61,831 nucleotides of DNA from an uncultured Erysipelotrichaceae bacterium (GCA_951801965.1 CATOPA010000001.1:1-61831), one strand, 5' to 3'; shown: positions 9,800-23,651, counted from the stretch's first letter. The notes: a model not told the origin generated them from the sequence alone. Translations and numbers: made by a program.

Positions 9800-10594
9800 A
9801 TGGAAAATACACAAAGCATGTATTGGCTGAACATTGTCTTATTTAGCATTCTTGATAGTGAGGATGAAGAAAGCAACGACTACATTATTGCAAAATATTT
9901 ATTGGAAAATTATAATCAACTACCAGGTGCAACCTTGAGTGAAATTTCAGAACAATGTCATGTGTCTAAAGCTGCGATTAGCCGTTTTTGCAAAAAAATT
10001 GGATTATTAGATTATATAGATTTACAGATGTTAATTCGTGAAAGACACAAGAAAAATCAGAAAAATCTTTCCAATCTTACTATTACAGAACAAAAGACAA
10101 TGTATCATGATATGATTTGTCAAGCTAATAAAAATATTGAGATTGTAATGGAAAATCCACTGGTTGAACAATTAATTAAAGATTTAATAGTATATAATAA
10201 TGTTTATATTTTTGGACATTTACAGGCTAGTCATATAGCTTATACTTTAAGAGCCAATTTAGCTATTTTGTCAAAATTTTGTTATTGTACACAAACTTGG
10301 CAGACACAAAAAGAAAAAATAACAAGTGCTTCCAGTAAAGATTTATTTATTATTTTTTCTTCAACAGGAGACTATTTTAAACGCATTGACTGTAATATGA
10401 ATCGTTTGGAAAGTAGAGGAGCTAAGGTTTATGTTGTTACTTTTGAACAAGGTGCAAAGTATTTAAATGATTTTGTGAATAAAATCTTTATTGGGAAAGA
10501 GGCAGAAGATCCTTTTGCGAATATTTTAATGAATCTATTTGTAAACTATGTGTCATTTCGTTTAAACTATCTTGTTTCATTTCATAAAACATAA
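9800..10594 (+). CDS. MurR/RpiR family transcriptional regulator (HTH_6 + SIS)
   Basis: N-terminal HTH (LSEISEQCHVSKAAISRFCKKIG) plus a C-terminal SIS-like domain, upstream of the PTS/GH1 operon. Confidence 0.8.
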   Translation: MENTQSMYWLNIVLFSILDSEDEESNDYIIAKYLLENYNQLPGATLSEISEQCHVSKAAISRFCKKIGLLDYIDLQMLIRERHKKNQKNLSNLTITEQKTMYHDMICQANKNIEIVMENPLVEQLIKDLIVYNNVYIFGHLQASHIAYTLRANLAILSKFCYCTQTWQTQKEKITSASSKDLFIIFSSTGDYFKRIDCNMNRLESRGAKVYVVTFEQGAKYLNDFVNKIFIGKEAEDPFANILMNLFVNYVSFRLNYLVSFHKT

Positions 10595-10736
10595 TCACAA
10601 ATAATGAAAAGATAAACGAATTGTTGAAATATAACAGTTTGTTTTATTTTTTTTTATACAATGTAAGTGTTAACGAAATATGCGGTAAAATTTATTAGAT
10701 AGTATCCGCATAAATACATGTTTAGGAGGTAGTATT

Positions 10737-13536
<2,800 letters not shown>

Positions 13537-13921
13537 AGAGTAAAGAAATATGACAGAAATGAGGATGTTATATAACTTAATTCACAAGCTTACTTAGTAT
13601 TACATAATTTTTAAAATCAACTTGGATTAGACAGAATGACTGAAAGTTAAAAATTGAGATATTTAACAGTGTATCATTTCATTAAATAAATTTTTTTAAA
13701 TATTTTAATGGTTAAAACCTCCTTTCGTGAAGGATTCATCGCAAAATGAATTCAATCATGGAAGGATTTTATTATACAAAATGCAACCACGTAATAAATT
13801 TAGTGGATATCATTAATCATGTTATTATTTAAATTACCATTTTATATAAATGGTGTCACATATATTGTATATCAACATTATTGTTGAATGTAGAACAAAA
13901 CGAAAATAGTATGTTGATAAA

Positions 13922-14310
13922 ATGGGTATTAGCGATAGAGCCACATCAAATTGGGAAAAGATGTTTGTTTACCAGATGCGAATTTATATAGATTTATTTG
14001 TGATATATTGCATATTTTTATCAATGAATTATTTGTAGGAGAATATATATCTACTGAGGATTATAAAAATGTGGCAGATGAAAATCTTCTTGTTTTATTA
14101 GAAGATAGGTTATATGATAATTCTTCAAAGTGAATAACTTTTGACGAGTTTCATAATTCCTTAAAAAGAGTGTCAAAATTTGCTTTATTATTAAAAAAGT
14201 TTGAAAATAAACAAGAAGCCATAAAATATCTTGTTAATGGTAAGCGTAAAATAGATAAGAAAGTATTCATAATTATAGTAATTAAAGAGTTCTTAGATTA
14301 CTATATTTAG
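13922..14310 (+). pseudogene. relic of an XRE-family HTH regulator (N-terminally truncated, frameshifted)
   Basis: GISDRATSNWEK followed, in another frame, by CLPDANLYRFICDILHIFINELFVGE matches the C-terminal half of a Cro/C1 HTH. The remainder continues in a third frame. Confidence 0.5.
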
Positions 14311-14385
14311 TTTTTGGAGACTTATAGTAATTGGAGTTTCTATTTAGTCTCTTTAATGTATGTGGAAGACTGTGTATGAATGTAA

Positions 14386-14925
14386 ATGAAATATCTAATG
14401 AATTTAAAACGGATAAGAATCAAGGAATGTAGAGAAAGTGGTAAATCAGTAAGAAAATGGTGTGCAAAATTCTTCTAATCTGATAATTTCAAAAGGAGAT
14501 ATTTATATCAATATACCAGGGCATACAGATATCGACGTGATTAAGAATATTGTCAGGCCATTATTATGTTAAGTGATATATCAAAAGTAGATAAGGTATT
14601 TTTAGCTACTTGATATACTGATATGGGAAAGTCTATTGACGGTTTAGCTGCTATCGTTCAACAGAATTTTAAATTAGATTCATTTTCAAACTCTTTATTT
14701 TTATTTTGTTGCAGAGGAATCTCAAAACTTAAAGTACTTTACTAGGAAGGTGATGGTTTTGTTCTTCTTTATGAAAGACTAGAGAATAGCAAATTCAAAT
14801 GGTCTAGAAATAAGTAAGAGTGGTGCTTATTACATCATAATAATTTCGTTGGCTGATTGAGGGATTAAGCATAGAGCAGTTTAAAACCATCAAAAAACCA
14901 TTCTGAAAAAGTGTTTTAGATCACT
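14386..14925 (+). mobile_element. IS66-family relic (degraded tnpA/orf1 and tnpB/orf2, no transposase)
   Basis: Hand translation gives RIKECRESGKSVRKWCAK (orf1-like), then YTDMGKSIDGLAAIVQQNFKLDSFSNSLFLFCCRG..KLKVLY-stop-EGDGFVLLYERLENSKFKWSRNK (IS66 Orf2 signature) broken by stops. No tnpC follows. Confidence 0.7.
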
Positions 14926-14978
14926 ATGTCTCAATGATTTTTATTCTAAAATATGTTACAATAAAAATGGAGGTATAT

Positions 14979-15398
14979 ATGATTAATATACAAAACAAAG
15001 GATATCATCCTACACTATTAGAAATAAGCGAATGTATTCATAATCCAGTTTTTTCTCAATTTTGTAATGATATAAAAGATCAATATAAGTGTAATGAAAA
15101 AATAGAATTTAGTTCTTGTACTTGGGAATTTGGTTGGAATGTGAAGTTTAGAAAGTCTGGAAAAAGTCTTTGTACAATATACCCTAGAGAAGGATATTTT
15201 ACTGTATTGGCTGTTATTGGGCAAAAAGAAAAAGAAGCTGTTGAGAATATCTTGAATGAGTGTACATCAAAATTAAGAGATATTTATCATCAAACAAAAA
15301 CTGGCAATGGTCAAAAATGGTTAATGATCGATTTAGAGGATAAAGGAAAAATGTATTTAGATGTTCTTCGCCTTATTGAAATTCGCAAAAGAAGTTAG
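14979..15398 (+). CDS. DUF3788-like protein
   Basis: 139 aa. The pattern WEFGWNVKFRKSGKSLCTIYPREGYFTVL recalls DUF3788. Start moved to the ATG after a GGAGG RBS. Confidence 0.55.
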   Translation: MINIQNKGYHPTLLEISECIHNPVFSQFCNDIKDQYKCNEKIEFSSCTWEFGWNVKFRKSGKSLCTIYPREGYFTVLAVIGQKEKEAVENILNECTSKLRDIYHQTKTGNGQKWLMIDLEDKGKMYLDVLRLIEIRKRS

Positions 15399-15416
15399 GA
15401 GAATAAGGAGGTTAAA

Positions 15417-15875
15417 ATGAAGTTAAGAAAGTATCAACCCTCAGATTGTAAAGAATTGGTGGAATTGTTTTATAATACAGTACATACGATTAATGCAAAA
15501 GATTATACAAAAGAACAATTGGATGTATGGACATTAAAACAAGTTGATTTAGAGAAATGGAATCAGTCATTGCAAGAGCATTTTTGCATTGTTGCTGTTG
15601 AAAATGATATCATTTTAGGCTTTGGAGATATAGATAAAACAGGGTACCTTGATCGCTTATATGTTCATGTTGATTATCAAAGGCAAGGAATTGCGAGTGC
15701 AATTTGTGATCAATTAGAGTTGGCAGTTTGGGAAAGTATTGTGACACATGCTTCAATAACCGCAAAACCATTTTTTGAACAAAGAGGATATAAAGTGATA
15801 AAGGAGCAACAAGTCCAGCGACAAGGAATTTTCCTTGTTAATTTTGTCATGAGAAAAGAAAGGGAAGAGAAATGA
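15417..15875 (+). CDS. GNAT family N-acetyltransferase
   Basis: Acetyl-CoA binding motif QRQGIASAICDQLE. 152 aa, AAGGAGG RBS. Confidence 0.8.
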   Translation: MKLRKYQPSDCKELVELFYNTVHTINAKDYTKEQLDVWTLKQVDLEKWNQSLQEHFCIVAVENDIILGFGDIDKTGYLDRLYVHVDYQRQGIASAICDQLELAVWESIVTHASITAKPFFEQRGYKVIKEQQVQRQGIFLVNFVMRKEREEK

Positions 15876-15982
15876 TTATATTCATAACAGGAGCATCACA
15901 CACAGGAAAAACGGTTCTTGCTCAAAAGTATAATGTTAATTATATAGTTATTGATGATAAATATGATATAGATCTATTTTAA
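15872..15982 (+). pseudogene. 36-codon fragment of a P-loop NTPase
   Basis: MIIFITGASHTGKTVLAQKY... (Walker A) terminates after 36 codons and overlaps the GNAT stop by 4 nt. Confidence 0.35.
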
Positions 15983-15992
15983 ATAGATCAAT

Positions 15993-16496
15993 TTATGTGT
16001 TTTGTAAATCTATAATTGATTGTGTAATGCTTTCAATACTTTGATTTGAAACATCAATTTTTATAGATTGAATATCTTCATAAAGTGGTAAATAAGAAAG
16101 ACTTTTCTTTAAAATGTGTAAATCTCTTTTTCCTTCTTTTATATCTTTTTGTAATCTCTCTTGTAAAGCTTCTTTTGAACAAATAAGAGATAGGTTTATG
16201 ACTTGACAATTTGTTAAATCAAGTTTTGAAAGAATTGTATCTATGATGACTTGCTCATGCATAACCCAACAAAAAATAATATTTTGATAACAAGAGCATT
16301 GAATAAAATTATTTAAGAGAAAACAAATATTTTCAATTACCATTGCTTTTGTTTCTTGTGTGACTTGAAAAGGATGCATATCCCAACACCAGTCACCATC
16401 AAGGAATACACAATTTGGAAGCTTGTTTTTAAGCGATTGAGAGACTGTTGTTTTTCCTACACCCATGACTCCAGATATCATATATAAAGTTAACAT
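15993..16496 (-). CDS. P-loop NTPase (small kinase-like AAA protein)
   Basis: Walker A SGVMGVGKTT. Start moved to MLTLYMISG (GAGGTG RBS 6 nt upstream). Confidence 0.6.
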   Translation of the reverse strand: MLTLYMISGVMGVGKTTVSQSLKNKLPNCVFLDGDWCWDMHPFQVTQETKAMVIENICFLLNNFIQCSCYQNIIFCWVMHEQVIIDTILSKLDLTNCQVINLSLICSKEALQERLQKDIKEGKRDLHILKKSLSYLPLYEDIQSIKIDVSNQSIESITQSIIDLQNT

Positions 16497-16613
16497 GAAC
16501 ATCACCTCAAAATTTATTATAACATTTAAGGAATATTGAGACAATTTTGTTTTGATTGGTTTACTTTAATGAGGATATCCTTTATAATAATGACAATTAT
16601 AAGGGGTGAGAGA

Positions 16614-17459
16614 ATGATTATTGATGGTAAGAGTATTTCTCAAAAGAGAAAGGATGAATTGAAATTAAAGATTGATCAATTAAAACAGGAAGGGAAAAGA
16701 CTTCCATGCTTGGCGGTTATTTTAGTAGGTGATCATCAGGCAAGTCAAACATATGTGAGAAATAAGGAAAGAGGATGCCAATATGTAGGTATGGAATCAC
16801 AAGTTATAAGGCTTTCATCTTCCATAAGTGAGGAAGAACTGATTCAAGTGATTGACAACCTAAATAAAGATAATCATGTTGATGGGATTTTGGTACAACT
16901 TCCGCTTCCTAAACATATTCATGAAGAGAAGATATTAGATGTTATTGATCCAATGAAGGATGTTGATGGTTTTCATCCTGTTAATGTTGCTAAATTGGTA
17001 CTAGGTCAAGAGGGACTAACTCCATGTACACCTCAAGGGATGATGGTTTTATTAGAAGAAATCAATTATGATTTAAGTGGTAAAGAAGTTGTTGTTGTGG
17101 GGAGAAGCAATATTGTTGGAAAACCAGTATCTTTCCTTTCTTTAAAAAAGAATGCAACAGTAACAATTGCTCATTCAAGAACAAAGAATTTAAAAGAAGT
17201 TTGTCAGCGTGCTGATGTTTTGATTGCAGCGATTGGCAAGGCTAAATTTTTTAATAAAGATTATGTAAAACCAGGTGCTATTGTTTTAGATGTTGGAATC
17301 AATCGTGATGAAAATAATAAGTTATGTGGAGATGTAGATTTTGAAGATGTTAAAGAGGTTGCATCTTGTATAACACCTGTACCAGGTGGAGTAGGACCTA
17401 TGACAATTGCAATGCTGTTAGAAAATACATTACAAGCATATTTAAAGAGAAAGGGATAA
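16614..17459 (+). CDS. folD: bifunctional methylenetetrahydrofolate dehydrogenase/cyclohydrolase
   Basis: [11 protein letters not shown]..., [27 protein letters not shown] and [14 protein letters not shown]. Start moved to 16614. Confidence 0.92.
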   Translation: MIIDGKSISQKRKDELKLKIDQLKQEGKRLPCLAVILVGDHQASQTYVRNKERGCQYVGMESQVIRLSSSISEEELIQVIDNLNKDNHVDGILVQLPLPKHIHEEKILDVIDPMKDVDGFHPVNVAKLVLGQEGLTPCTPQGMMVLLEEINYDLSGKEVVVVGRSNIVGKPVSFLSLKKNATVTIAHSRTKNLKEVCQRADVLIAAIGKAKFFNKDYVKPGAIVLDVGINRDENNKLCGDVDFEDVKEVASCITPVPGGVGPMTIAMLLENTLQAYLKRKG

Positions 17460-17462
17460 ATC

Positions 17463-17660
17463 ATGGAATATAATCTTAATGATATTGTTGAAATGAAAAA
17501 GCAACACCCTTGCAAAAAGTCTAATCAATGGAAAATTATTAGAATGGGTGCTGATATTAAAGTCAAATGTTTAGGGTGTGGGGCAATTATTATGTTCACA
17601 CGTCGTGATTTTGAAAAACGTTTAAAAAAGGTGATACCCCAGGGTGAAAATGCAGGATAA
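17463..17660 (+). CDS. DUF951-like small protein
   Basis: 65 aa with the pattern KKQHPC...W.I.R.GADIK.KC.GCG, directly downstream of folD. Confidence 0.6.
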   Translation: MEYNLNDIVEMKKQHPCKKSNQWKIIRMGADIKVKCLGCGAIIMFTRRDFEKRLKKVIPQGENAG

Positions 17661-17761
17661 ATCTATCCTGCTTTTATGTTAAAAAATAGAGCAAAATTGC
17701 AAGGGATAATTGATAGAAACACAAGTTTATTTCATATATAATTGTTATGGAGGTGAAGATA

Positions 17762-18211
17762 ATGAGTTTAGGAAATCGTTTATTTCAAGCAAGAAAAAAA
17801 GCAGGTTACTCACAAGAGGCAGTGGCTGAAAGATTAGGTGTAAGTAGACAAACCATTTCAAAATGGGAAACCGATGAAACACTACCAGATATCTATCAAT
17901 CAAGTAGATTGGCAGAGTTTTATCATTTGACTTTAGATGAATTAGTACATTTTGATTTAGATATTAAAGAGATAGAACAAGTTATTCAGAATACTAATGA
18001 AGAAAAAGAATCAAAAATTGATTGGACAAATGCTTGGAGCAAGAAATATCCAGTTCTTGCTAATTATCAACAAATTGTACGTATTGAAACATATGCATTA
18101 CAGATAAGAAAAATGTTAAACGAATTAGAAAGCATGTATGGATTTGATTCTTTAAATAGTATGTTAGTTTTAAAGGATATACTTTATCATGAGTGGAAAG
18201 ATAATAAATAA
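17762..18211 (+). CDS. XRE family transcriptional regulator
   Basis: LGNRLFQARKKAGYSQEAVAERLGVSRQTISKWETDETLPD is a Cro/C1-type HTH. Start moved to MSLGN. Confidence 0.8.
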   Translation: MSLGNRLFQARKKAGYSQEAVAERLGVSRQTISKWETDETLPDIYQSSRLAEFYHLTLDELVHFDLDIKEIEQVIQNTNEEKESKIDWTNAWSKKYPVLANYQQIVRIETYALQIRKMLNELESMYGFDSLNSMLVLKDILYHEWKDNK

Positions 18212-18825
18212 GTTATTAATAATACTTACTACTCAAGTTATCCTAGATAAATGAGAAAATTAACTGAGATTAGGTATTGTATTGATTAAAAAAAAGGCAT
18301 GACATTTTATAGAAATCATGTCTTTTTGCATAGAGATAAAAAGTAGTTTGTAAGATATTAATTTATGCGTTTGTTCAGAGATAGTCATTTTTTGATATGT
18401 ATTTATAAATAACCAAATAATCAATATCAGTATTTTTGAGTTTTAAATGTTTGAGTTTTGCTGAAGTTAAAGGAATAGAATCATTGTGGATGATATTCCC
18501 TGCACAAGGTTTATTTTCATGATCATATCGTTTTTTATTTCTGTGGCAAAAGAGTATGAAAGTCTAAAATGCATCTTCATCACACATCCTTTCTCAATAA
18601 AAGAAAAGGAAGGATTTTGCATCTTTCCGCACTTTAACACTCTACACTTATGGTAGTTATACACTGTTATGTGCATAAATCAAGGTGTACTCTCGCCAAT
18701 GCATCAAATCCACCATCAAAAAAAGAATAATAATTTTAAAATTTTAGATATAAAAAAGTGAGAGGCGCACAGGTCCTCACACAACGTGTATATATAATAC
18801 TATATTCTTTACATATTGTAAAGAA

Positions 18826-19756
18826 TTATTTTATGGTTTTACACATAAAGATTGAAAAAGTAAATTGTGTCTCATAAAGATTATTGATTTTTTTGATTGC
18901 CATATCTATTTCATTTTTCAAACGATTAGATATATCTGGTTCATTGAGAAGAAATGACACCCAAGCTGAAATACCATAGTATCCTATGAAGTAAATTGAA
19001 TAACTATGTCCTCTAATATGAAAAGGAGATTTTTTACCTAAGATATTTGAGTGATGCGATATCTTATTTCGTCACATTTGGATTGATTTTAAATATACTT
19101 TAGTTGGATCAAAAGCAGAAATTGGTTTTTTATAATTTTTTCCATTCATAAATTCATTAAGTTTTTTGCAGCAAAACACTCAATTAGTTTTATCAATGTT
19201 CCAAAACTAATATAATTAATAGCCCCCAAAGTGGTATAACCTTTTGATAATCATTAAAATGATGTTTTATAGCAGGTTCTTCTTTCATTTTATAAATATC
19301 ATCAAACAACTGTTTGCTAACATTTTTATTAAAGTAATCTTCAGCTATAAATTTAATTGTGCTATCATTTTCACAATAATTCTCTTTTAAACCTGCTGTT
19401 TTATTTTCCACATTTAATTCAAATGTTACTCTGTCATTTTCGTGACAAAGATTAGCTATACGTGCTCGTAATGATTGCTCTATGATTCTAATTTCTTTAA
19501 AAAGTAATATAGATAATTCTTGATCTAATTCATATAAAGCAATCAATTCATTGGATTTATGATTATTATAATTATCTGTTGTCCTATCATAATTATCTAA
19601 TAGAAATCTATAACCAGTCAGATGATAATAAGTTGTTCTTTTTTTTATAAAATCATTAAGCATATTATTATTGTCTATTATAAGATTGCGATTTTCTAAT
19701 GTCTTTATACGATGTTCAATACTTAGTGATTTTTTATGAGTTTTAGTAGTATCCAT
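18826..19756 (-). pseudogene. Abi_2-like abortive-infection gene, inactivated (frameshift plus nonsense)
   Basis: The N-terminal 187-aa ORF (KKSLSIEHRIKTLENRNLII...YYHLTGYRF...VIPLWGLL) ends at 19193. The C-terminal part continues in another frame (KKLNEFMNG...SIQM-TGA(19074..19072)-RNKISHHSNILG...), including the RN..(A/S)HH motif typical of Abi_2. Confidence 0.6.
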
Positions 19757-20104
19757 TTAAAGTGCATCCTCCTTAAAACAAAAAGTCTCAAGCCCACACG
19801 AATAACTCGAAATTTTATAAATTCATATATTACATTGGTTGTAGCATTTTATAAATAATTTTATTAATATTTCCACATATACTTATAATATTAAAAAGAC
19901 CTTTTGAATCTTTTTTAATATACAATTAATGTCAAAATTATGTTTTATGTGTAAAATATTATAACATATAATGGAAAATTGTTTAATAAAAAACGAGAAA
20001 GTCAGAAAATATTTTATTGTATTTATGTGTGATTTTGAGCAAGAAAAAAGAGCGATAATTCGCTCTAACTTTCTCATAGTAGGGGGCAGGAATTTATTTT
20101 AATA

Positions 20105-20947
20105 CTATACTTTTTTTACATAAGCAATCAAGCGCGCCCCTGGTCCAGCATGTGTACCAATAACAGGTCCAACACAGCCATACAAGACTTCTTGGAAAGA
20201 AAACTCTTGACGTAAAGTTTCTTCAAATTTATCAAGTCCTTTATCATCACCAGTATAGCCAATAGCAATGGGTTCGCTCAAATCAATATCACCATTTTCA
20301 TGAATGATATCAATAATTTTCATGATGGCTTTTTGTGTTCCTCTTGCCTTCGTAAATAACATCAATTTTCCATCTTTCAATCCAACAACAGGTTTGAACT
20401 TTAAAAGAGAACCTGCAATAGCACTTGTTTTAGAAAGACGCCCACCTTTATAAAAATACTCTAATGTATCAACAACAGCATAAATGTGAATACGTTCTTT
20501 ATAAGTAAGCAATGTTTTATAAATATCAGCAATATTCATATTCTGATCTCTTAAAGCTATTGCTTTTTCAACTAATAATCTTAAACCTTGTGTAGCATTA
20601 AAGCTATCAATAATATAGATGTTTTCATATCCTAATAAATCTCTAGCAATACATGCACTTTGATAAGTACCACTGACCTCACTAGATAATGTTAAGACAA
20701 GAATGTCATCATTGTTTTGTTGATGGGTTTCATAAAGTTCTAAAAAGTCTTGTGGAGAAGGTTGTGACGTTGTTGGTAAAACATCAGAATCTTCTAATAA
20801 TTGATAAAACTGCTGTGGCTGCAAATCTATTCTATCTTTATACTCTTTTCCATCAATAATAACTTTTAATGCAACAATATCAATGTCTTTTTTTCTTGCA
20901 TATTCTATATCTATATCAGATGTAGAATCGGTAATAATTTTTATCAT
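20105..20947 (-). CDS. DegV family fatty-acid-binding protein
   Basis: MIKIITDSTSDI start, 280 aa. It is a paralog of 4216..5076 and is translationally linked to the upstream MarR gene. Confidence 0.85.
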   Translation of the reverse strand: MIKIITDSTSDIDIEYARKKDIDIVALKVIIDGKEYKDRIDLQPQQFYQLLEDSDVLPTTSQPSPQDFLELYETHQQNNDDILVLTLSSEVSGTYQSACIARDLLGYENIYIIDSFNATQGLRLLVEKAIALRDQNMNIADIYKTLLTYKERIHIYAVVDTLEYFYKGGRLSKTSAIAGSLLKFKPVVGLKDGKLMLFTKARGTQKAIMKIIDIIHENGDIDLSEPIAIGYTGDDKGLDKFEETLRQEFSFQEVLYGCVGPVIGTHAGPGARLIAYVKKV

Positions 20948-20949
20948 TT

Positions 20950-21369
20950 TTATTCTCCTTGGGTTAATTCTTTATATACAGTTTTTAACATTTTTTTAAG
21001 AAGTTCTACTTCTTCATCATTAAAAATATTTTCAATATCTCCAAGGATTTTTTGAATATATCTATCGTTATCACGATAAAAAGATAAGAATTTATCTGTA
21101 ACATATAAACGATATGCACGTTTATCATTTTGACAAACTTCTTTTGTTAGATATCCTTTTTCAATTAATTGATTGATTTTATAAGTTGCATTTGGTTGAG
21201 ATATCCCCATATAGTTTGCATATTCTAATATTGTGGGATCATCTAACATATAAATAATATCTAAACTAAATGCTTCTTGCATAGTGAGCTCTTTAGATTT
21301 AGCACACATTGATGCATAAAAATTCATTTTAAAAATGTTATAGACAGCTTGAAAATCTTCGCTAAGCAT
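20950..21369 (-). CDS. MarR family transcriptional regulator
   Basis: 139 aa with a winged HTH (GISQPNATYKINQLIEKGYLTKEV..DKRAYRLYVT). Confidence 0.7.
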   Translation of the reverse strand: MLSEDFQAVYNIFKMNFYASMCAKSKELTMQEAFSLDIIYMLDDPTILEYANYMGISQPNATYKINQLIEKGYLTKEVCQNDKRAYRLYVTDKFLSFYRDNDRYIQKILGDIENIFNDEEVELLKKMLKTVYKELTQGE

Positions 21370-21443
21370 AATACACCTCCTAGAGATACTTAAAATATTT
21401 TAAGTACAGTATAGTCGTTTTTTTCGAAATGTCAATAATTTAA

Positions 21444-21926
21444 TTAAAAAATTTTAACTATAAAAATTATACCTGCAATAAAAAAAGAGCATAAAACATC
21501 ACTTATGAAGTGAACACCACAAAGAATACGTCCAATACTTAAAAGTAATGCGATGATACACATCAATATACCGAATATATTGTTTGCATAGAAACATACA
21601 AAAGCAATAATAAAAGCACTGACACAATGACGACTAGGAAAAGATTCTCCAGATTTATGGGAAATCAAGGGTTCAATAGAAAAGATTTCAAAAGGTCTAG
21701 GTCTATGAATGATTTTTCTTAGTATTGTGACAAATAGAAAGGCTACAAGAGGTTTCAATGTTGCATGTATAAGCATTGAATTTTTTGTGATAAGAAGGTA
21801 GAAAAGTAAGCAAGGATAAACAATAAGTACAAAATATGGGAAATATTTTGTGAAAAAAAGAACTGTTTTTTTAAGAAAACCATGCTTTTCAAGAAAATAA
21901 GATATTTTTTGATAAAATTCTTCCAT
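21444..21926 (-). CDS. PAP2 family phosphatase (membrane)
   Basis: KIIHRPRP, SFPSRH and GVHFISDV are the three PAP2 motifs. The start is uncertain (21926 or 21971). Confidence 0.75.
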   Translation of the reverse strand: MEEFYQKISYFLEKHGFLKKTVLFFTKYFPYFVLIVYPCLLFYLLITKNSMLIHATLKPLVAFLFVTILRKIIHRPRPFEIFSIEPLISHKSGESFPSRHCVSAFIIAFVCFYANNIFGILMCIIALLLSIGRILCGVHFISDVLCSFFIAGIIFIVKIF

Positions 21927-22091
21927 GATTTCACCTTCCTGTTCACTATTATAACCAAAAGCTTTATACATGACAAATAAAAAGGAAAGAAAGTGAAAAT
22001 TTTACTCATATAGAGTTGCTTTTATGGACAATTTTTTATGAAAAGATTATAATAAAATTAAGATTTAAAAATCATGAAAAGGAGATTAAAA

Positions 22092-22628
22092 ATGAACAAA
22101 TATCAGGGGACAAAAACTGAAAAAAATTTAGAAGCTGCATTTGCTGGAGAATCACAAGCAAGAAATAAATATACTTACTTTGCTTCTGTGGCTAAAAAGG
22201 AAGGATATGAACAAATTGCTGCATTATTTTTAAAGACTGCTGAGAATGAAAAAGAACATGCGAAAATGTGGTTTAAGGAATTGAATGGCTTAAAAGATAC
22301 AGCTCAAAATCTTGAAGCTGCTGCTGATGGTGAAAATTATGAGTGGACTGATATGTATGAAGAATTTGCAAAAACAGCTCAAGAAGAAGGATTTGATGAG
22401 TTGGCAGAAAAATTCAGATTGGTTGGAGCTATTGAAAAACATCATGAAGAAAGATATCGTGCTTTGTTGAAGAACATTGAAACATCTTCTGTTTTTGAAA
22501 AGAGTGAAGTCAAAGTATGGGAATGTCGTAATTGTGGGCATATTGTTGTTGGAACAAAAGCGCCAGAAGTTTGCCCAACATGTGCGCATCCTCAAAGCTA
22601 TTTCGAGATAAATGCAAAGAATTATTAA
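22092..22628 (+). CDS. rbr: rubrerythrin
   Basis: Diiron ferritin-like motifs ([27 protein letters not shown]) plus a C-terminal rubredoxin site (CRNCGH...CPTCAH). Start moved to MNKYQGT. Confidence 0.9.
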   Translation: MNKYQGTKTEKNLEAAFAGESQARNKYTYFASVAKKEGYEQIAALFLKTAENEKEHAKMWFKELNGLKDTAQNLEAAADGENYEWTDMYEEFAKTAQEEGFDELAEKFRLVGAIEKHHEERYRALLKNIETSSVFEKSEVKVWECRNCGHIVVGTKAPEVCPTCAHPQSYFEINAKNY

Positions 22629-22658
22629 TATAAAAGAATTATAAGAGGAGGTGATGTC

Positions 22659-23636
22659 ATGGGTAGAAGCAGTGGCGGAGGTGGTCGCTCTGGTGGAGGC
22701 TTCGGTGGAGGCCGATCTTCAGGAGGATTTCGCTCAAGTGGAAGATCATCAGCAAGCAGAAGCTCATATAGAAGTTCTTCTACACCAAGAACATATTATA
22801 GATCAGGACCACGTTACTATGGTGGACCTCGATATTATGGAAGAAGAGCATCGGTAGGTTCATCTATTGCTGGTGTTATTGCAACAATCATTATTGTTGT
22901 TATGTGTATAGGTATATTTGCTTCTGTTTTTATGTTTACAGGATCGAATGATCATATTGCTAAAAATACAACTGAACGTACACCATTATCTCATGTTGTC
23001 ACAAAAACAGATTGGTATGATGATCAATTAGGATGGATAAGAAGTTCAAATAAATTGGTAAAAGGACTTGAACACTTTTATAATGAAACAGGGGTACAAC
23101 CCTATGTGATGCTGATTCCATATTCACGAGATTATTGGAATGGAAATAGTTTAGATTTAACAAAGGCTGATCAATATCTGAATGATGTTTATGAGATGAA
23201 ATTTAAGGATGAAGGTCATTTCATTTTTGCTTATTTTGCTTGTCGAGCAGATAAAGAGTCAGAAATGGAAGGTGAAATCAGGTATTTAAGTGGCTACGCG
23301 GCTGATACGATTATGGATAGTGAAGCATTAGATATTTTAGAAGGTCACTATCAAAAGAATTATAATGATTTAAGTTTATCAACAGAGCAATTGATTGGAA
23401 ATACATTTTATGAAACAGCAGATTCAATTATGAGTAAACCAACAAATGGTTGGGATTTTATGAAGATTGCTATTGTTGTTGTAGGTATTGTTGCAGGAAT
23501 TGGCATTATTTATGCAATTATCAAAACAAAAGCAAAACGTGAGAAAGAAAAAGAAGAGTATACAAAAGAAATCCTTGATAAACCATTAGAAACATTTGGT
23601 GAAGATACAAGTGATTTAGAAGAAAAATATAAATAA
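22659..23636 (+). CDS. two-TM membrane protein with an N-terminal Arg/Gly/Ser/Tyr-rich low-complexity tail and a TPM-like central domain
   Basis: 325 aa. Residues 1-65 read GRSSGGGGRSGGGFGGGRSSGG...YYRSGPRYYGGPRYYGRR. They are followed by a TM helix, a ~190-aa domain, a second TM helix and a K/E-rich tail. The gene is immediately upstream of pspA. Confidence 0.7.
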   Translation: MGRSSGGGGRSGGGFGGGRSSGGFRSSGRSSASRSSYRSSSTPRTYYRSGPRYYGGPRYYGRRASVGSSIAGVIATIIIVVMCIGIFASVFMFTGSNDHIAKNTTERTPLSHVVTKTDWYDDQLGWIRSSNKLVKGLEHFYNETGVQPYVMLIPYSRDYWNGNSLDLTKADQYLNDVYEMKFKDEGHFIFAYFACRADKESEMEGEIRYLSGYAADTIMDSEALDILEGHYQKNYNDLSLSTEQLIGNTFYETADSIMSKPTNGWDFMKIAIVVVGIVAGIGIIYAIIKTKAKREKEKEEYTKEILDKPLETFGEDTSDLEEKYK

Positions 23637-23651
23637 AAGGAGGAAATAAAA

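Noticed and set aside
18467-18676. A 69-aa ORF, and neighbouring small ORFs at 2633..2824, 3520..3745, 9193..9384 and 19883..20077.
   Set aside because: They lie in AT-rich intergenic DNA or antisense to real genes, with no RBS, no recognisable motifs and implausible composition.
19072-19074. The in-frame TGA in the Abi_2-like gene could mean TGA=Trp (genetic code 4, as in Mollicutes relatives).
   Set aside because: Many clearly complete genes in the window terminate at TGA at the expected length (e.g. the GNAT at 15875 and the 204-aa ORF at 39993). Dozens of long ORFs are intact under code 11. The Abi gene also carries a frameshift, so pseudogenisation is the simpler explanation.
22651-22857. 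A 68-aa ORF overlapping the 5' end of the RGG-rich membrane protein gene.
   Set aside because: It is an alternative frame of a GGN/AGN-rich repeat, with no independent RBS. The 325-aa frame has a proper GAGGAGG RBS and continues into a structured protein.
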